Assembly: GCA_963664405.1 (NCBI GenBank)
Contig: OY761158.1
Span: 1-64,000 of the forward strand
Source of the DNA: Thermoanaerobaculia bacterium
GTDB taxonomy: Bacteria > Acidobacteriota > Thermoanaerobaculia > Multivoradales > Multivoraceae
Direction: 5' to 3'
Length of the DNA: 64,000 nt
Shown here: positions 41,270-51,688 of the stretch, piece after piece
How positions within the stretch are numbered: the first letter of the stretch is position 1
How the letters are laid out: each line of letters begins with the position of its first letter
Program-made: the position numbers and the translations under genes
Notes under the pieces: generated by a model
What the model was told of the DNA's origin: nothing
Databases searched by the model: none
Seen by the model: only the letters and a program-made list of their open reading frames with translations

Positions 41270-41710
41270 CGCAGGCCCGCAAGTCCCCGTATTTGCTGGA
41301 TTCTCTTGGTGCCCCAAGGGCGAAAGGCGACAGTTTGTCGCGATATGTGCGTGGGTGCGACACCTAAGCCCCGAAACACAGAAGGATCTCGCAGAGTCCC
41401 GCGAGGCAGGAGGTTCGTCGTCGCGCGGATCTACCCGAGCGGGATTCTGCTAGACCTGGCTTGAGCGGAGGCCGCCAGACGAGCGGTTGTGTATGGGGTT
41501 ATCAGCCTCGTTGGCAGGCTGTGCTGCGCGCGACGCGCCCCAGGTCGAGGGTTGTGAGGTAGTTCCAGAGGTGCACTGGGTTGCGGTCAGGCGCCTGCGC
41601 GGCCCCTGGGAGGTCCACCGGCGTCTCGATTTTGGGTTCGGAGCCACCGCGGGCACACCTCCGCCTTGTCCGCGGCGGGACCGGGAGCGCGGGAAGAGAA
41701 AGGCGCGCGA

Positions 41711-42937
41711 TCACGCGGCCGCCACCGGTGGAGGCCGGGCGTAGGCAGGAGTGTCGAGGGGGAAACGTTGGAGGCGGGGACCTTGGCAGGCGGGACAGAT
41801 CGCGAGGTCGATGCCGGTGAGGCGTTGGAGGAGCTCGTTTGTGGTTTCCGACTCGATGGGGATGGGGTGGGAGGTTTCGGCCTGGGTCGCTGTGGCGGTG
41901 GACTCGAGCAGAGCGCGGGCTCGCTCGAGGCGAGAGTGGACGTTGGCCGAGGCCATGAGTCCATAGTGGCGAATCTTTTGGAATCGTCGGGGCAGGACGT
42001 GCAGCACAAAGCGGCGGATGAGCTCCTCGGGAGAGAGCGTCACGGTCTTGCCATCGCGCGTGGCGAGGGTGATGGCCTGCTCCGTGACGTTGAGGATTCT
42101 GTGGTTGGACAGTGCGACTCGATGGGTATAGCGGCCCAGGTAGGAGAAGACCTGCTGCGCACCGGCGAAGGGACGCTTGGCGTAGACGATGAAGTCCTTG
42201 GCGTAGAGCTTCGACAGCAGGCGATCGAAGCCACCGTCCTCGGCCAGATCTCGTGGCAGGTCGAGCTGTCCGTCTTTGTAGGCACGGGCCAGGTGGCCGA
42301 GAAACTTACCGCGGTACAGCCTCCCCAGAAGCTTGACGGCAAACAGATACTTCTCGCCCGTCGAGAGCCACCGCCGTCCGTCGAGGCTGAGTCCTCCGCC
42401 GGTGACGATGGCGTGGATATGGGGGTGGAAACGCAGGTCCCGAGTCCAGGTGTGCAGCACCATCGTGATGCCGAGCAGGGCTCCGAGCCGTTGGGGATCC
42501 TTGCCGAGGGTCAGAAGCGTTTCCGCCGCGGCTCGGAAGAGCAGCTCGTAGACAAGGCGGCGGTTGCGCAGACCCACTGAGGCGAGCTCCCCCGGCAGGG
42601 TGAAGACGACGTGAAAGTAGCCGACCGGGAGAATGCGAGACAGGCGCCGCTCGAGCCAACGGTGCTGATCCAGCGCCTGGCACTTGGGGCAGTGACGATT
42701 CCGGCATGAGTTATACGCAGGGCGCCTATAGCCGCAGTCCCGACACACGTCCAGATGCCCGCCCAGCTGCGCGGTGCGGCAGGCACAGATCGCCCGCACC
42801 ACCTGAGCCTGGTAAGGACTCAAGAAGTGGCGGTCACGGAAGGCGTCGATGTGCGCCCGGAAGATCTCGCCCAGGTCATAGCGAGACCGACCCGCTTTGC
42901 GGTCGAGCTGCCGAGCGCACCCCTGCTGGGGGTGCAC
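41711..42937 (-). CDS. IS91-family transposase
   Basis: As copy 1, with 3 aa differences seen. Confidence 0.95.
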   Translation of the reverse strand: MHPQQGCARQLDRKAGRSRYDLGEIFRAHIDAFRDRHFLSPYQAQVVRAICACRTAQLGGHLDVCRDCGYRRPAYNSCRNRHCPKCQALDQHRWLERRLSRILPVGYFHVVFTLPGELASVGLRNRRLVYELLFRAAAETLLTLGKDPQRLGALLGITMVLHTWTRDLRFHPHIHAIVTGGGLSLDGRRWLSTGEKYLFAVKLLGRLYRGKFLGHLARAYKDGQLDLPRDLAEDGGFDRLLSKLYAKDFIVYAKRPFAGAQQVFSYLGRYTHRVALSNHRILNVTEQAITLATRDGKTVTLSPEELIRRFVLHVLPRRFQKIRHYGLMASANVHSRLERARALLESTATATQAETSHPIPIESETTNELLQRLTGIDLAICPACQGPRLQRFPLDTPAYARPPPVAAA

Positions 42938-42955
42938 GGTTGCTGTAGCGCGCGG

Positions 42956-43816
42956 TTATCCGAGGACCTTGCCCGCGGGAGTGCCGAGCAGGTCCAACGG
43001 GCTTGGGGTGCGCGCGATCAGCTGGGTGGAGACCTGTACGTACAGCTGGGTCGTGCGGATCGAGCGGTGACCCAACAGCGCCTGCAGCACACGGATATCG
43101 GTGCCCAGTTCCAGCATGTGGGCGCCAAAGCAGTGACGCAGCAGGTGGGGGGTCACACGCTTGACAATCCCGCAGCGCAAAGCCGCCCGATGCAGGCTCT
43201 TACGCACCGTGTCGGGGCGCAACGTCTTGCCGGAGCGCGGAGCGGGAAACAGATAGGGCGGCTCGGGGCGCTCTTTGCGGAAGTATCGACGCAGCACCTT
43301 GAGAAGCTGCGGGCTGAGAAGGGCGAAGCGGTCGCGCCCGCCCTTACCGTCGCGCACATGGATCAGCATGCGCTCGGAGTCGATGTCGGACACCTCCAGC
43401 GCGCACGCTTCGCTGATGCGCAGGCCCGAAGCGTACAGAACCGTGGCCAACGTACGCAGCTCGTGCGAGCGGATCGCGCCAAGCACCGCCGCGACCTCGG
43501 TGCCCGAGAGGATGACCGGAAGCTGCGTGCGCACCTTCGGCGCGCCTAACGAGGGCACCATCTCCTCGCGGTGAAGGGTGATCCCGTAGAAGAACTTCAG
43601 CGCCGCCGTGTAGGTGCTGATACTCGCCGAGCTCAAAGCACGGTCCTCGCGGAGGTAGAGCAGGAAACTGCGCACCTCCTCTTCGCACAGCTCATCGGGC
43701 GATCGTCCGTAGTGCTTCGTCAGCTGGCGCACGCAGTGCAAGTACTGCGATTGGGTCGCCGGTCGAAAGTCGTGCAGCTTCATGTCCGTCTCCATCCGAT
43801 CTCTCAGTGCACCCAT
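42956..43816 (-). CDS. Tyrosine recombinase/integrase
   Basis: As copy 1, with 3 aa differences seen. Confidence 0.95.
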   Translation of the reverse strand: MGALRDRMETDMKLHDFRPATQSQYLHCVRQLTKHYGRSPDELCEEEVRSFLLYLREDRALSSASISTYTAALKFFYGITLHREEMVPSLGAPKVRTQLPVILSGTEVAAVLGAIRSHELRTLATVLYASGLRISEACALEVSDIDSERMLIHVRDGKGGRDRFALLSPQLLKVLRRYFRKERPEPPYLFPAPRSGKTLRPDTVRKSLHRAALRCGIVKRVTPHLLRHCFGAHMLELGTDIRVLQALLGHRSIRTTQLYVQVSTQLIARTPSPLDLLGTPAGKVLG

Positions 43817-44430
43817 GACAGGGTCCTCCTCGTTGAAGGCGTCGGCAGTGACGCCAAACCAAGAGGATGGAGACTTTCCTAGACCTTGACTAGCTCAAGC
43901 TAGATCCCACCGTGCCGGAGTATCCGTCCGTCTTCGATCCGGATTCCGAAACTGCCGCGCAGCGGCCTTCGTTCAAAAGTGCAAAAACACCCGCTCGAAG
44001 CGTTCTGGGACGAGGGTCCCGGCTCATCTGCGCGGCAAGGATCTTGACCGCCAACCTCCCGTTTCAGGCTGGTGTCAGGCGGGTGTCTGGGCCTTGTTAC
44101 AGGTTCCCCTCTATCGCACTCGCCTAGCGAGACGATCTCGTTGGGGCCGGGGCGGATGGCCTGGCTCTAGGGCCACGGTAGGGTCGTTTCTGCTCCCCGC
44201 TGACCGCCGGGTCAGATCCGTGAAAAAGGTGCTCGGTCCGGAGAGAGGTTCCATAGATAGAGACCGATAGGAGTCCCGGAACCGGATAGCCCCCCCGGGG
44301 TGCAATTTTGGGTGCATCGCGTGGCAACGAACGCCCATCTTCGCCAACCATCGCCAACGAGCGGGGCATCCCCAACTCCCCCACTTTACTGTGGTTGAGC
44401 GTTGAGCTCTGTTGATTCTCATTGGACCAG

Positions 44431-44488
44431 GGCAGACTTAAACTCTCCCGCCGCAAGGCTTCCGGGTTCGAGTCCCTGCTCCGGTACC
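44431..44488 (+). other. Degenerate 3' part of a tRNA-Leu(TAA); probable att remnant
   Basis: GACTTAAA anticodon loop, GCC-GCAA-GGC long variable arm, GGGTTCGAGTCCC T-arm, CTCCGGTACC; no D-arm or 5' acceptor strand. Confidence 0.7.
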
Positions 44489-44494
44489 GTTTCC

Positions 44495-46045
44495 TCACTC
44501 GCCAATGGCGGTAGTGGACCAGCCAGCTTGGACACGGCTACGCCGGAGGACGACTTCGAACTGCTCGGGCGGCATCGGCTTGCCAAACAAGAAGCCTTGC
44601 CCCGCGTCGCAGCCCTTCTGCTGCAAGAACGCAAGCTGACTCTCGGTCTCGACACCCTTGGCGATCACCTCCAGGCCTAGTTCTTTGGCGAGAACGATGG
44701 TCGCGTTGATGATGGCTGCGCTGTCCGAATGCCCGGGTACTCCCGCAACGAGGGAGCCATCGATCTTCAGCGAGCTGAGAGGATAGCGAAGGAGGTTGCT
44801 GAGCGACGAATAGCCGGTACCAAAGTCGTCCATCATGAATCTCACCCCGGCCTTACCGAGCTCGGCGAGATACTGAACCACTCGTTCCATCTGGCTGGCC
44901 GCGTCCTTCTCGTTGATCTCCAGGCGCAACCACTCGGGAGCAAGACCGCTGACCTCGAGGGCACGGGTGACGACCGGCACGAGGTTTCCGGCCTGAATCT
45001 GGCGCAGCGATACATTCACCGAAATGGGGACCGGAAGCAATCCCGCTCGTTGCCACTCGGCGTTCTGGCGACATGCCTGGGCGATCACCCAAGCGCCGAG
45101 AGAGGGGATGAGCCCACATTCTTCTGCCAGCGGGATGAATGTCTCTGGCGCTATGGTGCCCTTTCTTGGATGTTCCCAGCGGGTCAGGACTTCAACCCCG
45201 ATCACCTGCCCATCGGTCAGGGCGACCTGCGGCTGGAAGTGGAGACAGAGCTCGTCCCGATTGAACGCGCCACGGAGATCCTGCTCGAGACCCCTTCGAA
45301 ACTGCGCCCACTCCTTCATCGACGGGTCGAAGACCTGTAGGCTGTTGCTACGCTCTCTCTTCGCTCGATACAGCGCGGCGTCAGCGTTTCTCATCAGCTG
45401 TACCGGACCGTCGGCATCCTTGGGGAAGAGGCTCACTCCCATGCTGCAAGGAGCGTAGATCTCATGCCCTTCCAGGTGAAGCGGCGACTTGAAAGCCGCA
45501 AGAACCCGCTCCGCCAAGACCAGGAGCTCCCGCCCATTCTCCGCCAGCGGCAAGATCAGGCCGAATTCGTCACCCCCGTAACGAGCCACAGTGTCGCCTA
45601 CCCGCACCGCCGAGGTCAGCCTCTTCGCGACCTGCCAAAGTACCTGATCGCCGCAATGATGTCCAAAGCTGTCGTTCACGTCCTTGAAGTGATCCACGTC
45701 GACGAGCAGCACGCCCACGGATCGACCTTGCCGGTGCGACGAGGCGAGCTCGCTCGCGAGCAGCTCATCGAAGGTTCGGCGATTGGGAAGCCCCGTCACC
45801 GCATCGATCTTGGCGACTCGGGAGAGCCGTGCATTGATCGATCTCGAGAACCAAAGGGCGGTTGCCAACACAACAATGGCAAAGACGGCCAAAACCACGC
45901 CAAGGGCGGCGGGACCGACCCCGATCCCGATGCGGGGAAAGAACACTCCCGAGACTACAAAGATGGCCGAGGACAGGACCAACAGGAGGAGCCAGCCCGA
46001 CCTCGCAAAGACGACATCCTGTTCGCGGGACCAAAGGAGAGGCAT
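44495..46045 (-). CDS. Membrane-anchored GGDEF-EAL protein
   Basis: Two TM helices, YGGDEF, EVLTRW, DDFGTGYSS. Confidence 0.9.
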   Translation of the reverse strand: MPLLWSREQDVVFARSGWLLLLVLSSAIFVVSGVFFPRIGIGVGPAALGVVLAVFAIVVLATALWFSRSINARLSRVAKIDAVTGLPNRRTFDELLASELASSHRQGRSVGVLLVDVDHFKDVNDSFGHHCGDQVLWQVAKRLTSAVRVGDTVARYGGDEFGLILPLAENGRELLVLAERVLAAFKSPLHLEGHEIYAPCSMGVSLFPKDADGPVQLMRNADAALYRAKRERSNSLQVFDPSMKEWAQFRRGLEQDLRGAFNRDELCLHFQPQVALTDGQVIGVEVLTRWEHPRKGTIAPETFIPLAEECGLIPSLGAWVIAQACRQNAEWQRAGLLPVPISVNVSLRQIQAGNLVPVVTRALEVSGLAPEWLRLEINEKDAASQMERVVQYLAELGKAGVRFMMDDFGTGYSSLSNLLRYPLSSLKIDGSLVAGVPGHSDSAAIINATIVLAKELGLEVIAKGVETESQLAFLQQKGCDAGQGFLFGKPMPPEQFEVVLRRSRVQAGWSTTAIGE

Positions 46046-46443
46046 TAGTCGGCTCCGGCGGAGAGCGCGAGTAGGGAATCGTCCGGGGTCTTCTGCAAAT
46101 AACGCTCGAAGTCCTCCGCAGAGAGGGCGGGGCTCATGATGTGGCCTTGAATCTGGTCGCACTCCTGTTGGGCTAGGAATTGCAACTGCGCCCTGCTCTC
46201 CACACCCTCCGCCACCACTTTCAGATTCAGTCGATGGGCCATCGCGATGATCGCAGCGACGAGTGCTGACCCTCCGAGACTAGCTCGCACGTCGTCAACG
46301 TAGGATTCCCCGATCTTTACGTAGTCCACCGGGACGCTCCGGAGCAGTGTGATCGAGGAGTATCCCTTGGGTTCAAGGGGTCGTCGCAACGTTGCCTTGG
46401 TGAGCAGAGTGTACAAACTCATCGAAGACTTCGGCAGGGGTTC

Positions 46444-46857
46444 TGAGCGGTCACGGTTTCGTGGACACCAAGTTAAGCCCCATCGGGGCAGTTCCTATTC
46501 TGCATCAGTTCGGGTAGTCAGCTTCGGACGAGGCTGTGCGAGGTTCGGGGAGCGCAGCCTCCCTTCGGATCCGACCGCCGGTCGCGCGTGAGTTCACGCT
46601 GCCCCTTCGAAGGCCTCGGGGCTCAGGAATCCGAGCGTCGAATGCTGGCGTCTCAGGTTGTAGAACACTTCGAGGTAAGAAACCGCTTCGTCGTGAGCTC
46701 GCTGACGAGTCTCGAAGGGTCGGTCCCAGACCTCGGTCTTGAGACTGTCGAAGAAGCTCTCCAAGACCGCATTGTCATAACAATTTCCGACGCCGGACAT
46801 GCTGCAGCGAAACCGCAGCTCAGCCAGCCGATCCTGGTAAGCCTTCGAGGCGTACTG
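46444..46857 (-). mobile_element. IS3-family remnant (orfB C-terminus and terminal repeat)
   Basis: QYAS..SMSGVGNCYDNAVLESFF..YNLRRQHSTLG; end TGAGCGGTCACGGTTTCGTGGACACC. Confidence 0.85.
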
Positions 46858-48309
46858 CTTGGGTTCAAGGAGTCGTCGCAGCGTTGCCTTGGTGAGCAGA
46901 GTGTACAAGCTCATCGAAGACTTCGGCAGGGGTTCTCCAGCCGAGGGTCTTGCGGGGTCGGCCGTTGAGTGCGAGCGCGACCGCGGCGAGGTCGTCGCAG
47001 GAGTATCTGACAAGGTCGGTGCCCTTCGGGAAGTACTGGCGTAGTAGTCCGTTGGTGTTCTCGTTGGTGCCCCGCTGCCAGGGGCTGTGCGGGTCGCAGA
47101 AGTAGATCGCGAGGCCGGTATCGACGCGGAGTTGAGCGTGTTGAGCCATCTCGGCGCCCTGGTCCCAGGTCAAGGACCGGCGGAGCTGCTCGGGCAGCGT
47201 GGTGATTGACACCGCGATCGCGTCACGGACGGCTTCGGCGCCGTGCCCGGCGAGGGCCGGCCCGTTCTTCACCCTCGATTCGGTCCCGTGCCCTTCCATG
47301 CGGGGCAGGTGCAGCAGCATCGTGAACCGCGTAGTGCGTTCGACGAGGGTCCCGATCGCTGAGCTCTCGAGCCCGACGATCAGGTCGCCTTCCCAGTGAC
47401 CCGGCACGGCCCTGTCGCCGGCTTCGGCGGGGCGTTCGCTGATCATGATCTCCGGAGTTACAAATTTCTTGCCTCTCCCCCGGGTTCGCGCATGCGGCAC
47501 TCGTAGCGCTCGCCCGGTTCGCAGGCACGCGACGAGCTCGCGTTTGAGGGCTCCTCGACCTTGGATGTAGAGCGCTTGGTAGATCGCCTCGTGAGAGATC
47601 CGCATCGACTCATTATGGGGGAAATCAATCCGAAGCCGGTTCGAGATCTGCTCCGGACTCCAGGATTTCGCCCAACGCCGATCCTGGCGACGGCCGTGCC
47701 GACGGCCGATCCAACGCACATCCGGACCCGGCACCAGCTCCCCGTCAGGCCTTGCGATCACGCCGGCGAGGCGGTTCTGCACGTACTCACGCAAGGCATC
47801 GTTCGCGGCAAGCTTGGAGACCTTCGGACGGCTGGCGCGCCGCTCCGCGTGCCACTGCGCAGTCGTGGCCCGATAAGTTACGGCACGGCTGCGAGTCGCC
47901 GCGTTGCGGCGCAGCTCCCGCGAAATCGTCGACGGTGAACGACCCAGGCGGCGAGCGATCTCACGTACCCCAACATGCTGAGCGTGAAGGATGGCGATCT
48001 CTTCACGCTCGGCGAACGACAGATAACGCCCCGACACCGGAGCCAACGAGATAGGTCGCATTCCACCAGCTTGCCTGAACCATCTCGACCCGACAGCCGG
48101 CGACACCCCAGCCTCTGTTGCGGCGTCCTCGCTGGACGCCCCACGAGCGATCGTCTCCCAGAACCGGATCCGGTCCTCGCGCCGCGCTGTCGAGGGCCGG
48201 CCAGGTGACCGCATCTGGCCACGCATCGCTCGAATCGCACCCTGACACTTGCCAACTCCCATCGAAACACCTCCATCACGAGATGTTGCGACGACCAGTT
48301 GAATCCGCC
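46858..48309 (-). mobile_element. IS30-family element (transposase 46865-48262)
   Basis: LGRSPSTISRELRRN, GHWEGDL, TWDQGAE, PWQRGTNENTNGLLRQYFPK; TIRs GGCGGATTCAACTGGTCGTCGCAAC / CTTGGGTTCAAGGAGTCGTCGCAGC; second right-end copy at 46366-46444. Confidence 0.9.
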
Positions 48310-50525
48310 TCCCGTCCCAAAGTCGTCAAGACTGAGCCCCACCCCCATGCCTTTCAGCACCTCGAGCGCGGCGATGGTTGTCGCGTCGTCTTGCATGATG
48401 GTTCGCTCGGTGATCTCGAGGCGGAGCATCGAAGGATTCATCCCAGCTTCCTGGAGTATCTCGGCGATCCTGGCTACTCTCGCTGGGTAGTTGAGCTGGT
48501 GCCCCGACACGTTGACCGAGAGCGGAACTTCCACTGAGCCCTCGCTGTGCCAGAGCCGCCACTGCTCGCAGGCGGTGCGCAGGACCCACACTCCGAGGGG
48601 GAGAATGAGTCCAGTCTCCTCGGCGATCGGGATGAATTGGCTCGGGCTGACCGATCCCAATGTCGGGCTCTGCCAGCGCAGCAGCGCTTCGGCGCCAGCA
48701 AGCTTCAGGGTCCGCGTATGGTGGATGGGCTGATAGTGAAGAGAGAACTGGTCGCCTTCTAACGCCTCGCGCAGGCAGGTCTCGAGATCCTGTCTGCGTT
48801 TCATTCGGTGACTGACGATGTCCGAAAAGAATCGGCAGCTGCTCCGTCCCCGAATCTCCCCTTGATGCAAGGTCGTCTCCGCGTTGCGGAGCAGCTGATC
48901 CGGAGTCGTCCCCTGATGGGGGGCGATAGCGACACCTGCGCTGGCAGCGAGCCAATAGTCGCGGCCGTCTACCGAGAACGGCTTCTCGAAGCCTTCCAGA
49001 ATCAGGTCGACGAAGGTGGCGAGATGCCCGCTATCCCTCATGTCTTGGAGCACCACAACGAATTCGTCATCGCCTACGCGAGCGACCAAGTCCATCTCAC
49101 GGATCGAGCCAGAGAGACGCTCGGCGACGGACTTGAGCAACGCATCTCCGAGCGAGTGCCCGCCGCTGGCATTGATCGCCCTGAACCCATCAAGGTCGAT
49201 GAAGAGGACGGCGACCCTCTGCTTGGTACGTTGCGCATGAGCGACGGAGAGGGTGAGACTGTTGAGAAGGAAAGTGCGGTTGTACGCGCCCGTCACCGTG
49301 TCGCGGGTGGCGAAGCGGTACTGGTCCTCACGGGCGCTGCGAAGCTCCAGCGCCAAGCGTTCGCGCTCTCTCTGACCCCCAGGCCCCCGGCGTGGCCTTG
49401 CCAACAGCCGATTCAGGAAATGGTCTCGGGGTAAAACAGGCAGCGGAACCCTCTTCCTCCACCCAAGTCCGCCGCGCACGCGGAGCAGTTGCTGGTGGTC
49501 GGGGTCGATCTCGAGACCTCGGTCAAGAGCCTCTATGGCAAGCCTCCGCTGCTCGGCTAGTAGATGAGTCCGCGCCAGATTGAGGTAGTTCTCAGGCTCT
49601 GACGGCTCAGCCCGAAGGGCACGTTGGCAGAGTGCGAGGCCCTCGGATTGCTTTCCTTCGAGAGACGCGATCCCGTAACCCAGATACGACCAGGCGAGTG
49701 TTGGCGGACCTGGCGCAATCGGCGAGCTGTTACCTGGGGCCCGCGCGCTTTCTAGCGGATTGGAAGGCAACGGGCGGTGGGCTTTCGCGCCGAACTTGTT
49801 GACGGAGAAGAGCAGGTTGGGGAGCCCCTCCTTCCACATCCCCGTGCGGCAGAGATTGATGCCGTGCCAGGCCAGGTCAATCAGGTCCTGCGTGCCGGAA
49901 TCAATGCTAGGTGCACTCGCACTTCGTAGGTCTTGAACGACCCTCGCTCTGATCAACCTGTTCATGACTGGAACCTGGGCTATGGAACTAGAGCACTTCT
50001 CCGTCAGGCTATCGTCAGGGGATCTCTCCCTCGGCCCCGAGTTCTACACCCTTCCGCAGGAGCGGGACTCGCCGACCTGACAACATCTCTCAATAGCCTC
50101 GAAGGGGTGGGAGATCGGGCGGTAGCAGTCGAGCTGGCCGCAGGCGCCGAATCTGAGGCGGAGGCCCAGTTCCAAGGGGGTACCCTCCTCATGCTCGAAA
50201 GGCTGCACAAAGTGGGACCGCTCTGGCCCCTCTCGTGCCGGCCGTAGTGACGCCCGTGGGTCTGACGGCGGATGGACGGCTTGCCGTGGTGGCGCCTCTT
50301 AACTATAGGGCCTGGACCAGGAAGGTGCCAGTGCCGGAAGGTGCCAGCCGAAGAACGGACAGCCCGAGCTGGTGCCGTTGACATGCGATCTCTTAGCGAG
50401 GATAGCCCGTCGGTTTAAACAATATGAGCCTGCCGCCGCCCGGCTGCTCGCCTTCAATCGGACCAGGTGGTGCGGTGAAGTCGATCAGAACCGGTGTCTA
50501 AGCTGCCCCCTTCACTTGTTACCGG

Positions 50526-50882
50526 CTACGAGAAAGCGCACTTAGTTGGCTGCGAGTCGGTTTTTTGTCCCCGCGAGGCGTGACTCAGGGTGTGGCGCAG
50601 ATAGTCGAGGTACCCCTCGGGGGGTGGCGTCGTGGGGAGTTCTCGGAGGATGGGGAGAAAGTAGGCGAGGGATCGGATGGGCTGGAGCTTTGGTAGGCGC
50701 GGATCTCGGCATGCGCGTCGGGCGGAGCCGAGGAGGAGGGCGGCCTGGAGGACGGTGAGAGGCAGGTCTTGGTCGAAGAGCTGGTCGACGATGACGCGGT
50801 CGCCGTGGTGGAAGCGGTGCGGGGTGTCGGGAAGGAGTCGATAGAGGCGGAGGAGCTGGCGCCGATAGTGGCTTCGGGTCAT
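50526..50882 (-). CDS. Accessory hypothetical protein inside IS21
   Basis: ATGA overlap with the istB stop; ends inside the TIR. Confidence 0.7.
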   Translation of the reverse strand: MTRSHYRRQLLRLYRLLPDTPHRFHHGDRVIVDQLFDQDLPLTVLQAALLLGSARRACRDPRLPKLQPIRSLAYFLPILRELPTTPPPEGYLDYLRHTLSHASRGQKTDSQPTKCAFS

Positions 50883-51688
50883 GAGCGTCGTCGTGCTGCG
50901 CTCCGCCTTTTGGCGCGGTCCTTGGCCTTTTTTTCAGCAGCCTCCTTGGCCTCCTTGCGGCGATAGGAGTTAGCCTCGATCTTGACGATCTCGGCGTGGT
51001 GGGTGAGTCGATCGACGAGAGTGACGACGCAGGAGGCGTTGGGAAAGACCTCGGCCCATTCGGCGAAGGGCTTGTTGGTGGTGAGAAGAATGGGCTTGTT
51101 GCCGTATCTCCTGGAGACGACCTCGAAGAGGAGATCCGCGTGGCGGTGGTCGTAGGAGAGATAGCCGAGCTCATCGATTGCCAAAAGCGAGGGTCGGGTG
51201 TATTTGGAGAGCCTTCTCTGGAGCGCCGAGGGGGTTTCCTGGACGGCGAGATCGTTGAGCATGTCGGAGGCGGTGACGAAGCTGGCGGTGGCCCCTCGTT
51301 GCAGCGCCTGGTAGAGGAGGTTCTTGGCAATCATGGTCTTGCCGACACCGTTGGGTCCGAGGAGGATGACGTTGGTGATGTCGTCGAGGAATTGGAGGGT
51401 GAGCAGATCCTGGATCTGCTCGCGGTCGATGCGCTGGGGCCAGGAGAAGTCGAAGTCGGCGATGCTCTTGAAGAGCCCGACGCGGCTGGTGCGGATGCGC
51501 CGTTCGAGGCTGCGCCGTTTGCGCTCGGCCTCTTCTTTGCGCAGCAGCTGTTCGAGCCAGGGCTGTTCTCGGTAGGTGCCCCAGTCGTCGACGAGGGCGT
51601 AGAAGCCGAGGGATCGGGCGAGCTCTCGTAGTGGTTCGTCAGGGATCGTTGGACTCTTCCTGGGTCGGGCCATCGTCGTTGCCTCCAA
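50879..51688 (-). CDS. istB: IstB helper ATPase
   Basis: GPNGVGKT, LLAIDELGY, LVDRLTHH. Confidence 0.95.
   Translation of the reverse strand: MEATTMARPRKSPTIPDEPLRELARSLGFYALVDDWGTYREQPWLEQLLRKEEAERKRRSLERRIRTSRVGLFKSIADFDFSWPQRIDREQIQDLLTLQFLDDITNVILLGPNGVGKTMIAKNLLYQALQRGATASFVTASDMLNDLAVQETPSALQRRLSKYTRPSLLAIDELGYLSYDHRHADLLFEVVSRRYGNKPILLTTNKPFAEWAEVFPNASCVVTLVDRLTHHAEIVKIEANSYRRKEAKEAAEKKAKDRAKRRSAARRRS

Larger units (their letters stand above)
41380..43976 (-). mobile_element. IS91-related integrase+transposase element, copy 2, inverted (2597 bp)
   Basis: Near-identical reverse complement of 34790-37386 with scattered substitutions. Confidence 0.9.
46045..49965 (-). pseudogene. TPR-GGDEF-EAL gene interrupted by IS30/IS3 at DDFGT|GYSS
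   Basis: 5' part 49965-48310 (TPR-like, GDDEF, EALLRW); 3' part 46365-46045 (GYSS..VVAEGVES); GGA duplicated at both junctions. Confidence 0.85.

Noticed and set aside
17592-41362. Dyads read as CRISPR repeats, attC sites or intrinsic terminators
   Set aside because: Spacing is mostly gene-sized and there are no cas genes; RYYYAAC/GTTRRRY boxes are absent; there are no U-tracts and stem pairing beyond 5 bp is not conserved.
44403-44488. Functional tRNA-Leu
   Set aside because: The D-arm and 5' acceptor strand are missing and the stems contain mismatches.
46361-46370. TATCCCTTGG as another oriIS-like junction
   Set aside because: Explained by EAL coding sequence (GGA TAC) abutting the IS30 terminal repeat.
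47878-48309. C-terminal extension of the GGDEF-EAL ORF
   Set aside because: Read-through into the IS30 left end, not native coding sequence.
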